DNA of 62,526 nucleotides, filler included, from Basidiobolus ranarum (Eukaryota): NCBI GenBank assembly GCA_040143965.1. It is 14 parts of 14 records of this genome, joined end to end, with 100 filler letters (N's around TTAATTAATTAA, not from the genome) between each part and the next. Parts side by side here need not be neighbours in the genome. Positions count along the whole stretch, not along the records: positions 44,775 to 49,140 come from JASJQH010001986.1; positions 49,241 to 53,603 come from JASJQH010001987.1; positions 53,704 to 58,065 come from JASJQH010001988.1; positions 58,166 to 62,526 come from JASJQH010001989.1; 10 more parts are not named here. One strand, 5' to 3'. Shown piece by piece: positions 48,769 to 61,779 of this stretch (position 1 is its first letter; each line of letters starts with the position of its first letter). The notes under the pieces were generated by a model. It saw only the letters and a program-made list of their open reading frames with translations, ran no database searches and was not told where the DNA came from. The position numbers and the translations under genes were made by a program.

Positions 48769-49140
48769 ATGCCCCACACAGCTCCTGGTGCTCTTGCTTC
48801 AGATGGAATCGATCCTCACTTACACCATGAGACGTTGGTGCACCACCCAAATCATGGAACTACCCCATCGAAGGAGGAAAGCACTGTGAAGAGATCACTA
48901 GCTCCTGTCGAGAATCAATTGGGAGTATCGCCTTATAATACAAAAGATGAAATTCCTTTGGAAGCATATCTGTACTGGGCTTCTGTAAAGCGCGAGAATG
49001 AAAAGCTAATGACGAGAGGTAGAAAACCCAAGCCTACGTTCGGGAAACTTAAGTTAAAGCTTATTAGGGATGAAGTGAAAGAAGCAGATCAATCTATTGA
49101 TGGTTCAGAAACTGGCATCGAATCCGATAACCCTGTATCA
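48769..49140 (+). CDS. Probable amino-acid permease (Aa_trans/Mtr-like), N-terminal fragment
   Basis: Open frame to the contig end. IPLEAYLYWASVKRENE resembles the (F/L)EEY.Y(W/Y)A...R..E N-terminal motif of fungal neutral amino-acid permeases. No TM region is in the window. Confidence 0.5.
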
Positions 49141-49590
49141 NNNNNNNNNNNNNNNNNNNNNNNNNNNNNNNNNNNNNNNNNNNNTTAATTAATTAANNNN
49201 NNNNNNNNNNNNNNNNNNNNNNNNNNNNNNNNNNNNNNNNGGGTTTGCTATGTTGGAGGGTGGATCCAATCCCGATCAAATTGATTATATTTTTATTAGG
49301 GTAGAGCTGGAAAAACATCAGCCTTACATTGTTATCACAATTGTGGTGTTTGATGAAGTTACTAATGCAAAGTCACATTGGATATGAACTAGCCTTGATC
49401 TATGAAGCACTTTTTATAGTTTTCAGGAGAATAGGGGTAAGAAACTGAAGATTCCATAACCTGAGATTTAGAGTAACAGGAGATTTTGAAGCTTAGCAGC
49501 CAGTCAACAAATACTAAGTGAGCAAATTTGAGTTATGTATTTCAAACATTTGTTGATCCAAGGTGGTGTATTTGCATAACAAATTGCATA

Positions 49591-49850
49591 CTCAATTAGA
49601 ATTTACTTGGAATATTCTTACCAACTAAAAAGTTCTCAGATACATAGATTTTTTCAAACAGGTGCTAGAAGCCCCCCAACTGTGCACACATATTACTGGG
49701 ACCTTCCTTAACACATTCTACACATTTGTTTGTTTATTTCTGGACTAAACTGTTGATATCAACTGTTTACTCAATAAATCAATAAGTGAAAATCATCAAT
49801 TTTTCTGGTTCTCCAAACCACTTCCAACAAACTCCCAAAATGCTTTAACA
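49591..49850 (+). mobile_element. Partial LTR, copia family A
   Basis: Homologous to the 3' three-quarters of 34833-35180, ending TTTAACA. Confidence 0.8.
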
Positions 49851-50647
49851 ATACCTACTTTAGAATTATGGCAAGAAAAGAAACCTCTGAAAACTTTTCA
49901 TTCAAACATCCAGCATGAAGTGATATGGTAATAGAACAATTTATCCACTGTCAAATGAAAGATTCTCATGTAGTGGGAATTAATCTAAGGCTTTGTGATT
50001 TAAACTCGGTTACTTAAGCTAGTCTCATATGACTATTACAGCAGTACTCAGCCAATTTGCTCTTTAGTAAGCCTGTATTCCATATGTTAAAATTATTTTT
50101 TGTAAATCCTCAACAAACTTGCAGAAAGGCTTGTTACAATACGAGTATTCTTAAATGATCCATAGTATTCAACACATTTGGAACTGTCTGGAACTTACCT
50201 AGTAAAACTGCACAGAACAACTTGAACTAGTCAGTATTAGTATCTAAGGAAAGCAATGAGGATATGATGAAATCTGGTAATTATAAACTAATCAAATATG
50301 GATTTGCGTCAGTGGGATATATATTGTACAAGTTACGCAACTGCTTGTTTTATATAAATACTTGCACCTGAAATGAAACAATGCCAATAGACTTCATTCA
50401 AACCAACCGGATACACTAGTACTAATGAATCTGATCTGATCATCAGATGCAAAGATTTGGACGCAATTTAAGAATAAGGAATAATACCAATTGTTATTAA
50501 ACTTTGCTAATCCTTATTAAATGGTGTGCAGACACTGTTGTAATGAAGAAGTTTAAATCCAACAATATATTTCAAAACCATGCTCAATTATGGCGATAGC
50601 TATAAGTTTTGCCACTCACATGACTTCGGTATTAGTAGCACGTGTTA

Positions 50648-52856
50648 CTAAATGCGAGGCGGGCTCAGTACTGCTTCCTCCAACCAGTTATCTTCATAGT
50701 CGCCAGCATTGTCGTTGGATAGAGCTCCAATTTGTTCCATAGTAGCCAGATTCTCTATGGGCTCCGTGGCTTCAATATGAGAAAAATATCTCCTATACAG
50801 CACACGCAAAGCACTTGTATAAGGAGGTAGTATTTTCTTTCTAACTTCACTCCCCTCAAGTTTCTTACTATTAGCCTGCTGTGCAAGATCTTCGGCCTTA
50901 ATATTCCATGGATCCTTGGCAAAATGTATTTTGCATCCGGTAGGACAATAAAATTCCGTCTTTCCTGCAATCACAACTGTGTCAAATTTCAACTGTGATG
51001 GGGGCCATTGCTGCCATAAAATGTCTCCTTCTACGCCTTGAGCATTAGCAAAGGAATAGCCATATTGAACAAACTTAAAAAATAAATCTGGTGTTGTCAT
51101 TCCCACAGGTGAGTTAGAGTAACTGAATGTTGATACTTCGGGCGCCTGCGTAGGTGCGTGCGGCCTCCGGAGATAAGCCATATATGGGATACAAGAATTT
51201 TCTATTTCCTTCATTGGCTTCTCTTGGAGCTGTTTAACATCCTCGCAGACATTATCTGAAACATACTTGGAGTAGGCAGTATACACTGTGTTAGCCATCT
51301 TGTCTCTGCGACAGGGGCTGATCTGCCACTTATAAGGTACTCCGTCTTTATACTCATCGACTGCACTGAAGTTGTATTGCTTCATAAGGGCATCGGCACT
51401 GGCAACATCTCCAGGGCCCCACGAAGCTTGTTGCAAGCCTTGATCGGCAAGGATGCAGTGTGTTATCGTAGATGACGAGAAGCTTGACTCACCTATCAAG
51501 GTTGTCTCCGTAGTGGAGGTTGAGCTTACCGCGATATTACGCAGGCGTTCGGCTTTTGCAACAGCAAAAAGGTCAAGTTTATCCACTAGTTCTTTCTATG
51601 ATTTGAAATTAGTACCATTCATTGCATGCCTTCAAACTGATACTTACTCGTGCATACATATAATCAATCAAATGCTCCGCATCATATTTGTCAACGTGTG
51701 GTATTTTTTGAGAAGTCCAATTATTTTCGTCAGTAAGTACGAAAGTTCGTAATAAAAATCCATTACAGTATGCGTTAATTGTCATTGAAATGGCCGCAAT
51801 GCCTAGTGCTAATGCAATTTTATCTGGTGGTGTCAAGCCAGAACTGGTCAAAGTGTCCATGTTCAGACAAGAAGTGAGTGCTTTCTGAAAGTTGCTATTA
51901 CTAGCAGTGATTGTTTCATAGAAATCGAAGCATCTAATGGTATCAGCCACAAGTGCGTCGTCAAACACGACTTTCCCAGGTAGTTGCTGGTTAACTCGCT
52001 TTGCAATCGAAGTGAGTAGAACATTATACCCAGTTTGTGGATTAGTATACCAAGCAGTAGTATCTTGCATTTGCATTCGGAGTTCACTTTTCTGCCACTC
52101 ATGCATAGAGAGTGTGTTAGTCTCAAAAGCTTCGATTGCACCAAACGCCTTCTCACGCAATTTTTTTCCTTCAAAGGTGTTCATCATGCCATACATTCCC
52201 TGTGCAGCAGTCAGAGCTACTGCGAGCTTATGCGCAGTGGATGTAGCACTATAGATGGTCCTCAATTGCGCAAGCAGTGATACCGCTTCCACACCGGCTG
52301 CAATGGCAGATACAGGCGATGGTATAACAAAGCATGCTGTTATAGCTGTTGCAAGAAACATATTAATAATACCTGATGATACTTCAGAAGATCTATCCAC
52401 GGTGGGTGCAGGTACCTTAGTACTCCAGGAGTTAGATGGTGGTGCATATACGATGTTTGATGTAGGATTTGTAGTGAAGTCATAGGTGACTAACTCCATT
52501 CTGTTTCCATATGGCATGGGATTGTCATCGTTCGAGGCTGAGTTATAAAGGCCTACCGATACCCATACTCCATCAGTTTTCATTTGGACGTATATCTGAA
52601 TTTTGACTGTTGGATCGTTATTGTAGGTAAAATACAGCCATGTTGTACTTTCAAAGAGTATGATTGAGTCGATGATCCCAATGTCCAAGGATTCTCCATT
52701 TTTAATCGTGGTACCAGCGGATGGGAGCTGCGTAGTCCAGTACGAAGATTTTCCGCTTAGAACGTTATCAGCTCCAGCATTACTCGAGTTGGTATGGATT
52801 AAGCGAATGATGTCTCCACTTTGATTACAGAGGGTTATTTTTGCGGGTGGGCGCAT
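50648..52856 (-). CDS. 718-aa two-exon protein of unknown family; candidate pore-forming/insecticidal toxin-like protein
   Basis: The 418-aa and 312-aa ORFs are joined in frame by a 52-nt intron 51596-51647 (GTAAGT..TACTAAT..CATAG; ...YMYAR|KELVDKLD...). ATG at 52856. The gene model is well supported; the function is inferred only. Confidence 0.85.
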
Positions 52857-53243
52857 AGTTGCCAATTCGAAGTGCCAAGGTTAGTAAAAACCAATGGGCT
52901 TCGTGAAGTTATGATTCTTTAATATAATTTTCGAGAATATTCTCTAAAACTATAGAGTTCTGTAGTATGAGTTTGTGAAGTGTACAACGGCTGGCTATTA
53001 TAGTGAATTCTTATCGCTTCGTATCTTATCTTATCATCAAAGGCTCTGCGAAATCTCAGACATTTTACACACTCTCTCGAAAGGTCTAGCCCGATGGACT
53101 AGATATTAATAATTTCAGTGGTCTCAACTGATCACTTATTAACGACTCCAAACTAGCTTTGATCTGGTAGGCATACGTAGTGGGTGCATTCACGGATATA
53201 TATATTGCTGGATGTGCCCACTTACACCATATTACTCACTGCT

Positions 53244-53603
53244 ATGTATCCGGTTGAAAGAAATCCTAAGCCTACTCACGATATCAATCCACATATCGAG
53301 CATACGACCACCGAAATCCCCGAGGTTAAAGAGCGACTGGATCTCCTCAATCGAATACGGGGTCCGACATGGCGTAAGTACATCACCTTCTTTGAGTCAC
53401 CAGTTTTATCAGATTTTAACCATTTCTCCCTCTTACATAACAGACCAAGATCTACAGCAGTTTTTGGACTCTACCAATGGGGTTGCGAATATTCATCTAC
53501 AGAAACCGAGCCATTTTGAAATTAATGTGCAAGAAAAAGCACAGATATTAGCCCTGACAGGAGAAGCCATGACCAAGCTACACCTTAAGATTCCTGCAGA
53601 GCC
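53244..53603 (+). CDS. Hypothetical protein, 5' part (2 exons), divergent from the 718-aa gene
   Basis: TATA-like run at about 53197, ATG at 53244, intron 53374-53443 (GTAAGT..CAG) giving MYPVERNPKP...GPTWH|QDLQQFLDSTNG...KIPAEP, open to the contig end. Confidence 0.65.
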
Positions 53604-56600
53604 NNNNNNNNNNNNNNNNNNNNNNNNNNNNNNNNNNNNNNNNNNNNTTAATTAATTAANNNNNNNNNNNNNNNNNNNNNNNNNNNNNNNNNNNNNNNNN
53701 NNNGCCAGATTGAAATGTTTGACAGGGCATCACAGGTGCACAACATACTTTAAAATAAGCCAAAAATCACTCGAACGAAATTGTACCAATTACCTGCAAC
53801 CAAATATTGATCTCCAAGTATCTAATAGGTGAATCTGAGACTCCGGACCATTACTCCACGATTGTCCATGATGCTTGTGTGCCTCTGGTACATTTATGCA
53901 AGGTGTAAAACTCTATTGAAGGTTTGTCTTGGTATCTAAGGTATTCGTTCAAAGCGCAGCAATTGAATAGGACATGGTAACAGACACTCATCATAGCAGG
54001 TATCTAGAATACGTTACCTCTTCGAAGCTCTTGTCAATTGAAGGTTGAAAACTCAGCTCTGGACCGCACCTTAGACTTCTCATGGTATATTCGCCAACCT
54101 CAGTTTAACCATCACCAATAAAAGCAGGGAATCTGGATCACAAGTAGCCTTTTGAGTTTGTGCCTTCGATCGCTATATATTCCACAGCATTTGTTACCTC
54201 AGAGATGATGCGTCGTTATCTTTATAATCATTTCTTCATCCAGTAGAGTCTTCATAGCACGAATGTATCACAGAAAAAGCATGGCATCCCTACCATATGG
54301 AAACCTTGAGTAGGCATCAAAGATTCATGAAGTACTGAAACCTGAATCAAACATACAATCCTACTGTATGCTCTCAGTCCACATCAAGTAATGTCCATCC
54401 TCGCTGTGAATAACACGTGGATAATCTGGGATGGTAGATCCCAGAGGGCACTGCCCAGATCTCCTAGAAAACCATCTCAAATTGCACCAACTGGCCTGGC
54501 ACAGTGGGTGCATCCTGGGAGTGCATGTGATTCAGCATCACAAATTCCAAATTGCTGGAACTAGTTTCATCTCATTCCTTTATCTTCATTTAGGAATTCG
54601 CCATTCGAATATCGCTCACAAATCACATTTATACTTGAAGCTTTCATATCCATACCACACAGATTTGATGCATTCCACGGTCAAAGATTCAGGACTTGAT
54701 TATTTCAAAATAAGCGACGAAGTGTGATGAGCATGTACGAGAATGGATGATGCGATCATCTGGTTTCAACGATAAGGAAGGATAACTGGAAAGAGCTTGG
54801 CACCATGTAACGTGGCACAAGTACTTCCGGTAGCTCTGGCAAATGGAGCAGTGTTTGTGGTGAGGTGAATGTAGCTAGAGTTGCACTGATTCCATCTTGG
54901 GATACATGACATCACTATTGACAGTGTAGGAATACTCCGGGTGGAAAATAAACCTGATCGTTAGTTTCTCATGGAGAATAATTCACTCGAGATCAATCTT
55001 ATAGCATTTCTGGATGCGTTGGCGGGAGGTGACTCTTTGTTACACTCACTAGTCGAATATTATCGAAATGAATGAAGATATTAATATAGAAACCATGGAC
55101 TTTTCCTCCGATTTTGCAGGACTGCTTATAAATGCGATTCTTTTCCGGCGATGATGAATCGGTGAGAATCAAAGTTCAAAGGGATTTTTAATTCAGAAAA
55201 ATGGTGCATAAAATTTTATCAGCAGCACATGTTTCTCCGACGTGGGTGAATCTTAACTCGCATTTGCATATCTAAATTTGGTTTCTCATGATTTCAGTAC
55301 TTACAATGACACAATCCAAATTGGTACTTCAATGGACTTATGATGCTCGATGATATTATCAATGTATAGTGTATAAGATAAGCTTTATGAGATACAGAGC
55401 TGAAGCCGCTTCTGGATTTCAGAGAACTTTCTGAGCTTTTGTCAGCGCCTGGAATGGCATGTATCAATATTAATTATCATATCTTACGCCATCTAATTGA
55501 CTCCCAATCTTGAATATCTTATCCTTACCATCTAATCTAGTAAAGATGTCATTTTCAAATCAATATATGTAAGACTACGGGATTCATCATCATTGATTAG
55601 TGTCATTTGCTACTACTGAATTCGGGAACGAATGGATAGTTCAATTCACTTTCATACACCACAAGTACTAGTTCACTTATTCTCTCAGTGATTCTATGAA
55701 GCGTCTCTACCAATTAATGTCAGTCAAGTTCTGAATTTTTTCAATCATGGCATCAGTATTTCACTATCATTCCCTGTCCTACTACGAGTATTTCTGACAT
55801 ATATCCTTGCGCTTCAGTGACAAAAGGTTGGTCTGTTGTCACAACGGCAATAGAGATAAACTTAGGCCAAGTACGTTATTTTGAACCGCCGAGTGAAGTT
55901 GTAGAGTTGTTACGGAGTTAATGGTTACATTATTATATATAATATAAGGGAATTTGGGCCTGGTACATAGATTTATGAGAAATATGCTTAGATATCCTTT
56001 GTCTATAACATGGGCTAAAAGAGTATATCAATGGCAACCCTATTCTAAATGGCGTGTAAAGGTTAAACATCTGTGTAAGTTATCATCTTAAACGGGCTAA
56101 CTATTGATGGCTCATGGAATTAAGCATCCAAATACTGATGTATCATAATTATTCCATAACTTGGGAGTATACTAAATCAAGACTGGAGCATATAACCAAC
56201 ACACCTAGTGCCAAACCTTTGCTCAGCTTTATACTCAACCATAAATATGCGAAATGGCCGATCTATTTAGATTGTATCTCTTATTCTAGTCTTAATATAG
56301 TATACCTCTATATTTCATATCCGACCTCTTTCTTGATATGGTGATTGCAATATATTATGATCATTTGGTGTTTGTGGAGAAATACTTGGATCAATGATTA
56401 GGCTTAAGAGCGCTTACCCATTTACACAAAATGAGATAGCTCCACAAAGATATGGCTAAAATATGGAGAAAGTTCTGAATATTTTTGTAAGTACAACATT
56501 TGCCCAGTGGTTGTGCTGGGTACCCTAACTTATTAGATTAAAACTTCAGCATTGCGAACTGAAATGCTTCGAATATTTACTAAATAAGCACCCCTAATTT

Positions 56601-56857
56601 GAGTTTTATCTTTGGATTCCAAGCATTAGATACCTGGTATGATTAGTGGCTGAGAGTATATTGTATTCCTAGAGACCTGAAAGCACAGTGTGTTAATCGA
56701 TATTGACAGCCACAAACAAACAAAATTCAACCACGTTTATTGGAGTACGTAGAAGTATATGTCTGAGTGATATCAGTTTTGGTGTAAGTTGGAAATAGAG
56801 GCAATTAGCCGAAATACCATATTTGTATAGTTCTGTTATTTTGAAGCACAGTAGATG

Positions 56858-58065
56858 GACATTCTACACGTTGTTTCGTTTACATCTTCACAAAACTATA
56901 AATGTCCACTTTTTACTCAATAAATCAATAAGTGAAAACCCCCAATTTCTCCATTCTCCAAGCCACTTCCAACAGGCTCCCAAGTACTTCAACAGGTTAT
57001 GAGCCCCAAGCTTGCACTTGCAGTAATGTCTACTTCTCAACTTTTGGAAGTGTTTCCCTTTTCTCAAATTTCTGGAACTTTTCCCTCTTCTGAAAAATTG
57101 GATGGAACCAATTATGAAGTCTGGAAAATTAAAATGAAGATGCTGCAATAAGAAAAAAGACATCAGCACACTGTTGTAGGAGAAGAAGACAATGCAAAAC
57201 TATTTGAAACCAAAGTCTTACTCCAGGTTAAAAAGAACCAAGTGCCTTTAGTACAATTTGTCATAATGTTAAAGACCAATTGCAAATTCATTGTTCAAGA
57301 GCTAAAACTGAGAAGGTACAAAAAGCCTTGGAAGATATCTACCAAATATGTTCTGCTGCTAACAAGATGTTTCTAAGAAGACAATTCTTTAACTCAATAA
57401 ATGAAGTCAGGAGAAGACATTCAAGCACCAATTAATAGAGTTGCAATTTTAGTGGATAAAATAGAATGCATTAGAGTACCTACTATTGATCAAGATATCA
57501 CAGTTAAAGTCCTGAATAGCCTGCCACATGAGTTTCAGAGCCTAGTAGTGGTTGTTGAATCAAGAACTGAAAATTTAACCTTAAATTATGTTGAAAGTCA
57601 GGTGACTTGTGGTACAAGCAGTAATTCCAAAAGAGGAAAATATGGAGTATGGTGACTGCATCTGAACACAAAAGTCTAAGGCCAATCAGTTGCTTGCAAA
57701 GCTGAAATGCCAAAGTACCATTCTAGATGAAAATATATGCAAATTGGTGTTGAAATTAGCTTTGCATAAACACCTATATAGTTATATATAGCTTAATACT
57801 TAGTTATCTTGTAGTTCACTAAGATATTATCCATTATTCTCAATTGGAATTTACTTAAAATATTTATACCAACTTAGAAGTTCTCAGATATATAGATTTT
57901 TCAAACTTGCGCTAGAAGCCCCAACTTTGCACATATGTTCCTGGGACCTTCCTTAACACATTGTACATGTTTGACTATTTACATCTTGACAAAACTATAA
58001 ATGTCAACTTTCTACTCAATTAATCAATAAGTGAAAACCACCAATTCCTCTGATTCTCTACACCA
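56858..58065 (+). mobile_element. Copia family A: partial LTR (to 56994), PBS (56995-57006), degenerate gag, nested LTR (57748-58065)
   Basis: ...TTCAACA-GGTTATGAGCCC; EKLDGTNYEVWKIKMK; LNSLPHEFQSLV; TGTTGAAATTAGC LTR start at 57748. Confidence 0.9.
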
Positions 58066-58165
58066 NNNNNNNNNNNNNNNNNNNNNNNNNNNNNNNNNNN
58101 NNNNNNNNNTTAATTAATTAANNNNNNNNNNNNNNNNNNNNNNNNNNNNNNNNNNNNNNNNNNNN

Positions 58166-61100
58166 CCTATTCCATTGTTAATGGCTCTGAACTTGATTCT
58201 AGGGCAATGAGGAGGTTCCAAAACGTCAGGCTGGCTCCCAATTGGTGTCATGACTAAGTCATCTTCATTTAGAGGTGCTGCAATGGATGAGAGCTGATCT
58301 GCCATAGTTTTTATCTGACTTGTATGTTTAAGCATAGAATCATCAGAAATCCTCTGAAATGAGAATTTTTTCACCTTAGATACAGCCTGTTAGCCTGACT
58401 TTTAGTCTCATATAGTCCCTCAAGTGTTCTCCAAGCATTTAAATATTTTTGGCCAATTGTATGTGCCTTAATTGAGAGTCTCTGAGATGTAGTCAAAGTG
58501 TACAGAGTGCTTTCCTCTGCTTCTTGTGAAAGGTACAGATAGCTTCTGGTGGTCCCTGTGGCTCTATTTCTTCTTCTGTAAAACATACCTAAAAATCTTA
58601 GTCTGGTAGCACCATTTGAATCATGAACTTCTGAAGGTAGGAGTGTTTACCATCAAACTTCTCTGTGGATGCAAAAACATTGGTAATAGTACTAGTAGAC
58701 ATCCCTTTCCAGTTCACTGGCTTATTTCTCCCTCCAGATGAGATTCTGGGTCCTGAATCATCCACTGATGTGATTAGGATTGGAATTTTAGTTAAATTGG
58801 GCTCAGATACAGCTGGCATTTTGTGAGACACTGCCTGGATGGTGCTGATTGAGTTTTTGGGATCATGGACTATGGTTTGTGGTGAAAAGTTTCCTTTTTC
58901 ATCAAATATTTCAATTCTGCACTCAATTTAATTCAGATTTTGGTATCAAACAGTACACAGGCCTTAGATCCATCACAGCAACTAATAAATATGCATTTTC
59001 AGCTTTTGGGTTTCAATTCGTAGCATTTTTGAGTTTGAATCTGGCAATTTGCACTACAACCAGAGATCCTGAGATGATCTACAGTTGGTTTGGAACCATA
59101 TAAAGCTTCAAATGGAGTAGAATTTGCTGCTATTTTGTTGGGCATCTGTTCTTGATATAGACTGTAGAAGAGACAGATTCAACCCAATATTGGTAATCTA
59201 ACTTTTAATCATGTAATGTGAATCTTGCCATATCCACTATAGGCCTATTAGCATGTTCTGCAATGCCGTCTTGCTGGGGATTGAAAGGTATAGTAGTTTG
59301 TTGCTTAATTCCATGTTTAGAACAAAACTAGCAATGTCTTTAGAGCAAATTTCTATACCATTATTGCTCATTAATAGACTAGCTTCAGATTTGAATTTGA
59401 GAAAAAATACACCAGTGTATCTTGTTTTGTCAGCAATAATCATTTTAAAGTATCTTTTGCCATCCAGTGAGATATTTTCCATGTGCCCACAGAGGTCATA
59501 GCAGATCAGGGCATGACTCTGAGTTGAATTGACTACTCCAGAGCTTGAAAGAAGCTCTCTGTGACATTTTCCAATTAGGCAACCTTCACCAAGATCCAAT
59601 TTAGTGAGTTTTTCAATTTCATATGCCTGTAACAAGCTTATTTCAAATCATTTGGGATAGTTTTTGTTCCCCAACACAGCTTGAACTTCTATGCCATGTT
59701 TGATAGCTTGATTGCCAATTGAGGCCAAGTTTGCATGCTCAGAATGTAATTTGTTGATTTCTAGCTTGTATTAGTGTTGAGATTTGATCCCAGCAGCTAA
59801 TTTGGTTTCATTCTAATCTGTGATAGTGTGTCCAGCCTTGCTGGATGCAAAATTAAGTATTTGAGTTATTGCTTGGCTTACTGATGGTAGATTCTTGGCT
59901 AAATCTGAAACATAAAGTACTTCATCAAGTATGCATATGTTGTAGCTTAATTTTGGTCTAAATTGAGCACAACTGTGCCCTTACCAACTGCATCTACTGC
60001 ATAGTCACCACCTAAGTAGACTTTTCTTGTTTGAATGGGTTTTAAGCTAGAAAAGCAATCTTTCTTGTTTTGCTATATGCTGGGAAACTTCTGAATCAAT
60101 GTACCATGTTTCTGAGGCTTCTTTAGTGGTTACTCATAGGGCAGACACAAATAGGTGATCCCTTTCAGTGATTACTTGATTTGCTTATTCCAATACTACC
60201 TTGGACATGTTCCATTGTGCCAGGATTTTTCAAACCTTGGATCAATATGTTAGAGTAGATTTGATTGAAATTGATCATGCCACAAGGTGCTGGATAGTGC
60301 CAAATTGTGCGGCCTAAATTTAGAATACTTTATCCAATATGATATATATGGCACATTCTGGCACTATCACAGAGAACAAGTCCCTTTTTGGCAAAAACCC
60401 TTTTCCTGCAATCTTTGATTAAATGGCCTGGTCTTTTGCAATATGTGCAGACATGTTGATTTCACATTAGGGATACTATTATTGAAGCCGGTTGAATGTC
60501 TTACAGCTTCAAAAAATGCCTGATCTGCATTTTTTTGCTGAGAATTAGATCTCCATAATTCCTCATTTACAAGCCTAGCATCAACATATTCCATTGTTAA
60601 TGGTTCTGATCTTGCTTCTAGGGCAGTTATGACATTCCCAAACTCACCTGGCAGGGTCCCACGTAGTGTCATGACTAAGTCACTTTCATTAATAGGTGCT
60701 CCAATGGATGAAAGCTGATCTGCCATTGTTTTTATCAGATTTATATGATTAAGCATAAAATTTTCAGAATTCAGCTTAGTTGAGAATAATTTTTATCTCA
60801 GATATGGCCTATTAGCCAATCTTTTAGTCTCAAGTAGTCTGCTAATTGTTTCCCAAGCAATTTGGATGTTTTTGGCTGAGTGAGTGTGCCTCAATGGAGA
60901 GTCTCTGAGATGTAGACAAAGTGTCAAGAGTGCTTTCCTTGGCTTCTAGTTAAAGGCCAGGAAAATATCTGGTGGTCACTTTGATTCTATTACTTCTCCT
61001 GTAACAAATCCCTAGAGGTCTCTGCCTTTTAGCACCATTTGCTTCTTAAACTCATAGAGGAGAAAGTCTTCACCATCAAACATCTCTATTGTTTCAAAGA

Positions 61101-61670
61101 CATTGATAATGGTAGGGGTATACATTCCTTTGACAACTAGCTTGGGACTCATAACCTGATAAAAGTGCTCAGGGGATTTGAAGTGTTTTGGACAAGTTTT
61201 AGATTTGTGTATTGGAAACTTATATTTGTGAATTAGAAACTTAAGTTCTACTAAATTCAATATGTCCTATTTAGAGTTTACTATGAACTAGATTTTTTGG
61301 ATGTGCTTAGATCATAAAGAACATGCCTGCTAAGCATGGGGGAGAATTTGAGATGATTTGGAGAAGTTTTGAGAAAATAGTGAATATTGTTATATGTGAT
61401 CTGTTTGATATTTCTTTCATTTATAGCAACAAACACACAAATTTAAATGGCAAAATTGAGTGCTAAATAATCAGAATATGATTAAACTAACTACCAAGTA
61501 CTGAATTGCTATTTATCTAGTTACTGTTAATAGTGTCAAGGTGATTTGGAAGTGTTTTGGACAAGCTTTAAATTTGAGAATTAGACACTTAAGTCTTATT
61601 GAACTGAGTATGTTGTATTTATAGTTTGCTATGAAATAGGACTTTTGGGCATGCTGAGATCATAACAAAG
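58166..61670 (-). mobile_element. Copia family B degenerate element(s): LTRs (61157-about 61520, 61525-about 61668), PBS, gag, protease, integrase, second gag copy
   Basis: PBS GGTTATGAGTCCC (61144-61156); gag MADQLSSIGAPI, knuckle CTYCKRPGHLIKDC, protease WYIDSEVSQH, integrase DLCGHM..DGKRYF; second gag at 58166-58700. Confidence 0.88.
60203..60383. mobile_element. MITE, same family as 15418-15599, inserted in copia gag
   Basis: 181 bp; TIR GGACATGTTC/GAACAAGTCC; TSD CTT/CTT; interrupts gag just after the zinc knuckle. Confidence 0.88.
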
Positions 61671-61779
61671 ACTGGCAATGGCTCCTGCTACCTGGCAATA
61701 CATGTTCTAACCCTAAAAACATCTTGTCCAAAACACTTCCAAATCCCCTAAACACTTTCAGCAAATGTATACTTCCATA

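Noticed and set aside
53704-55100. Possible pseudogene in moderately GC-rich, CpG-retaining sequence
   Set aside because: No long frame or recognisable motif in manual translation of either strand.
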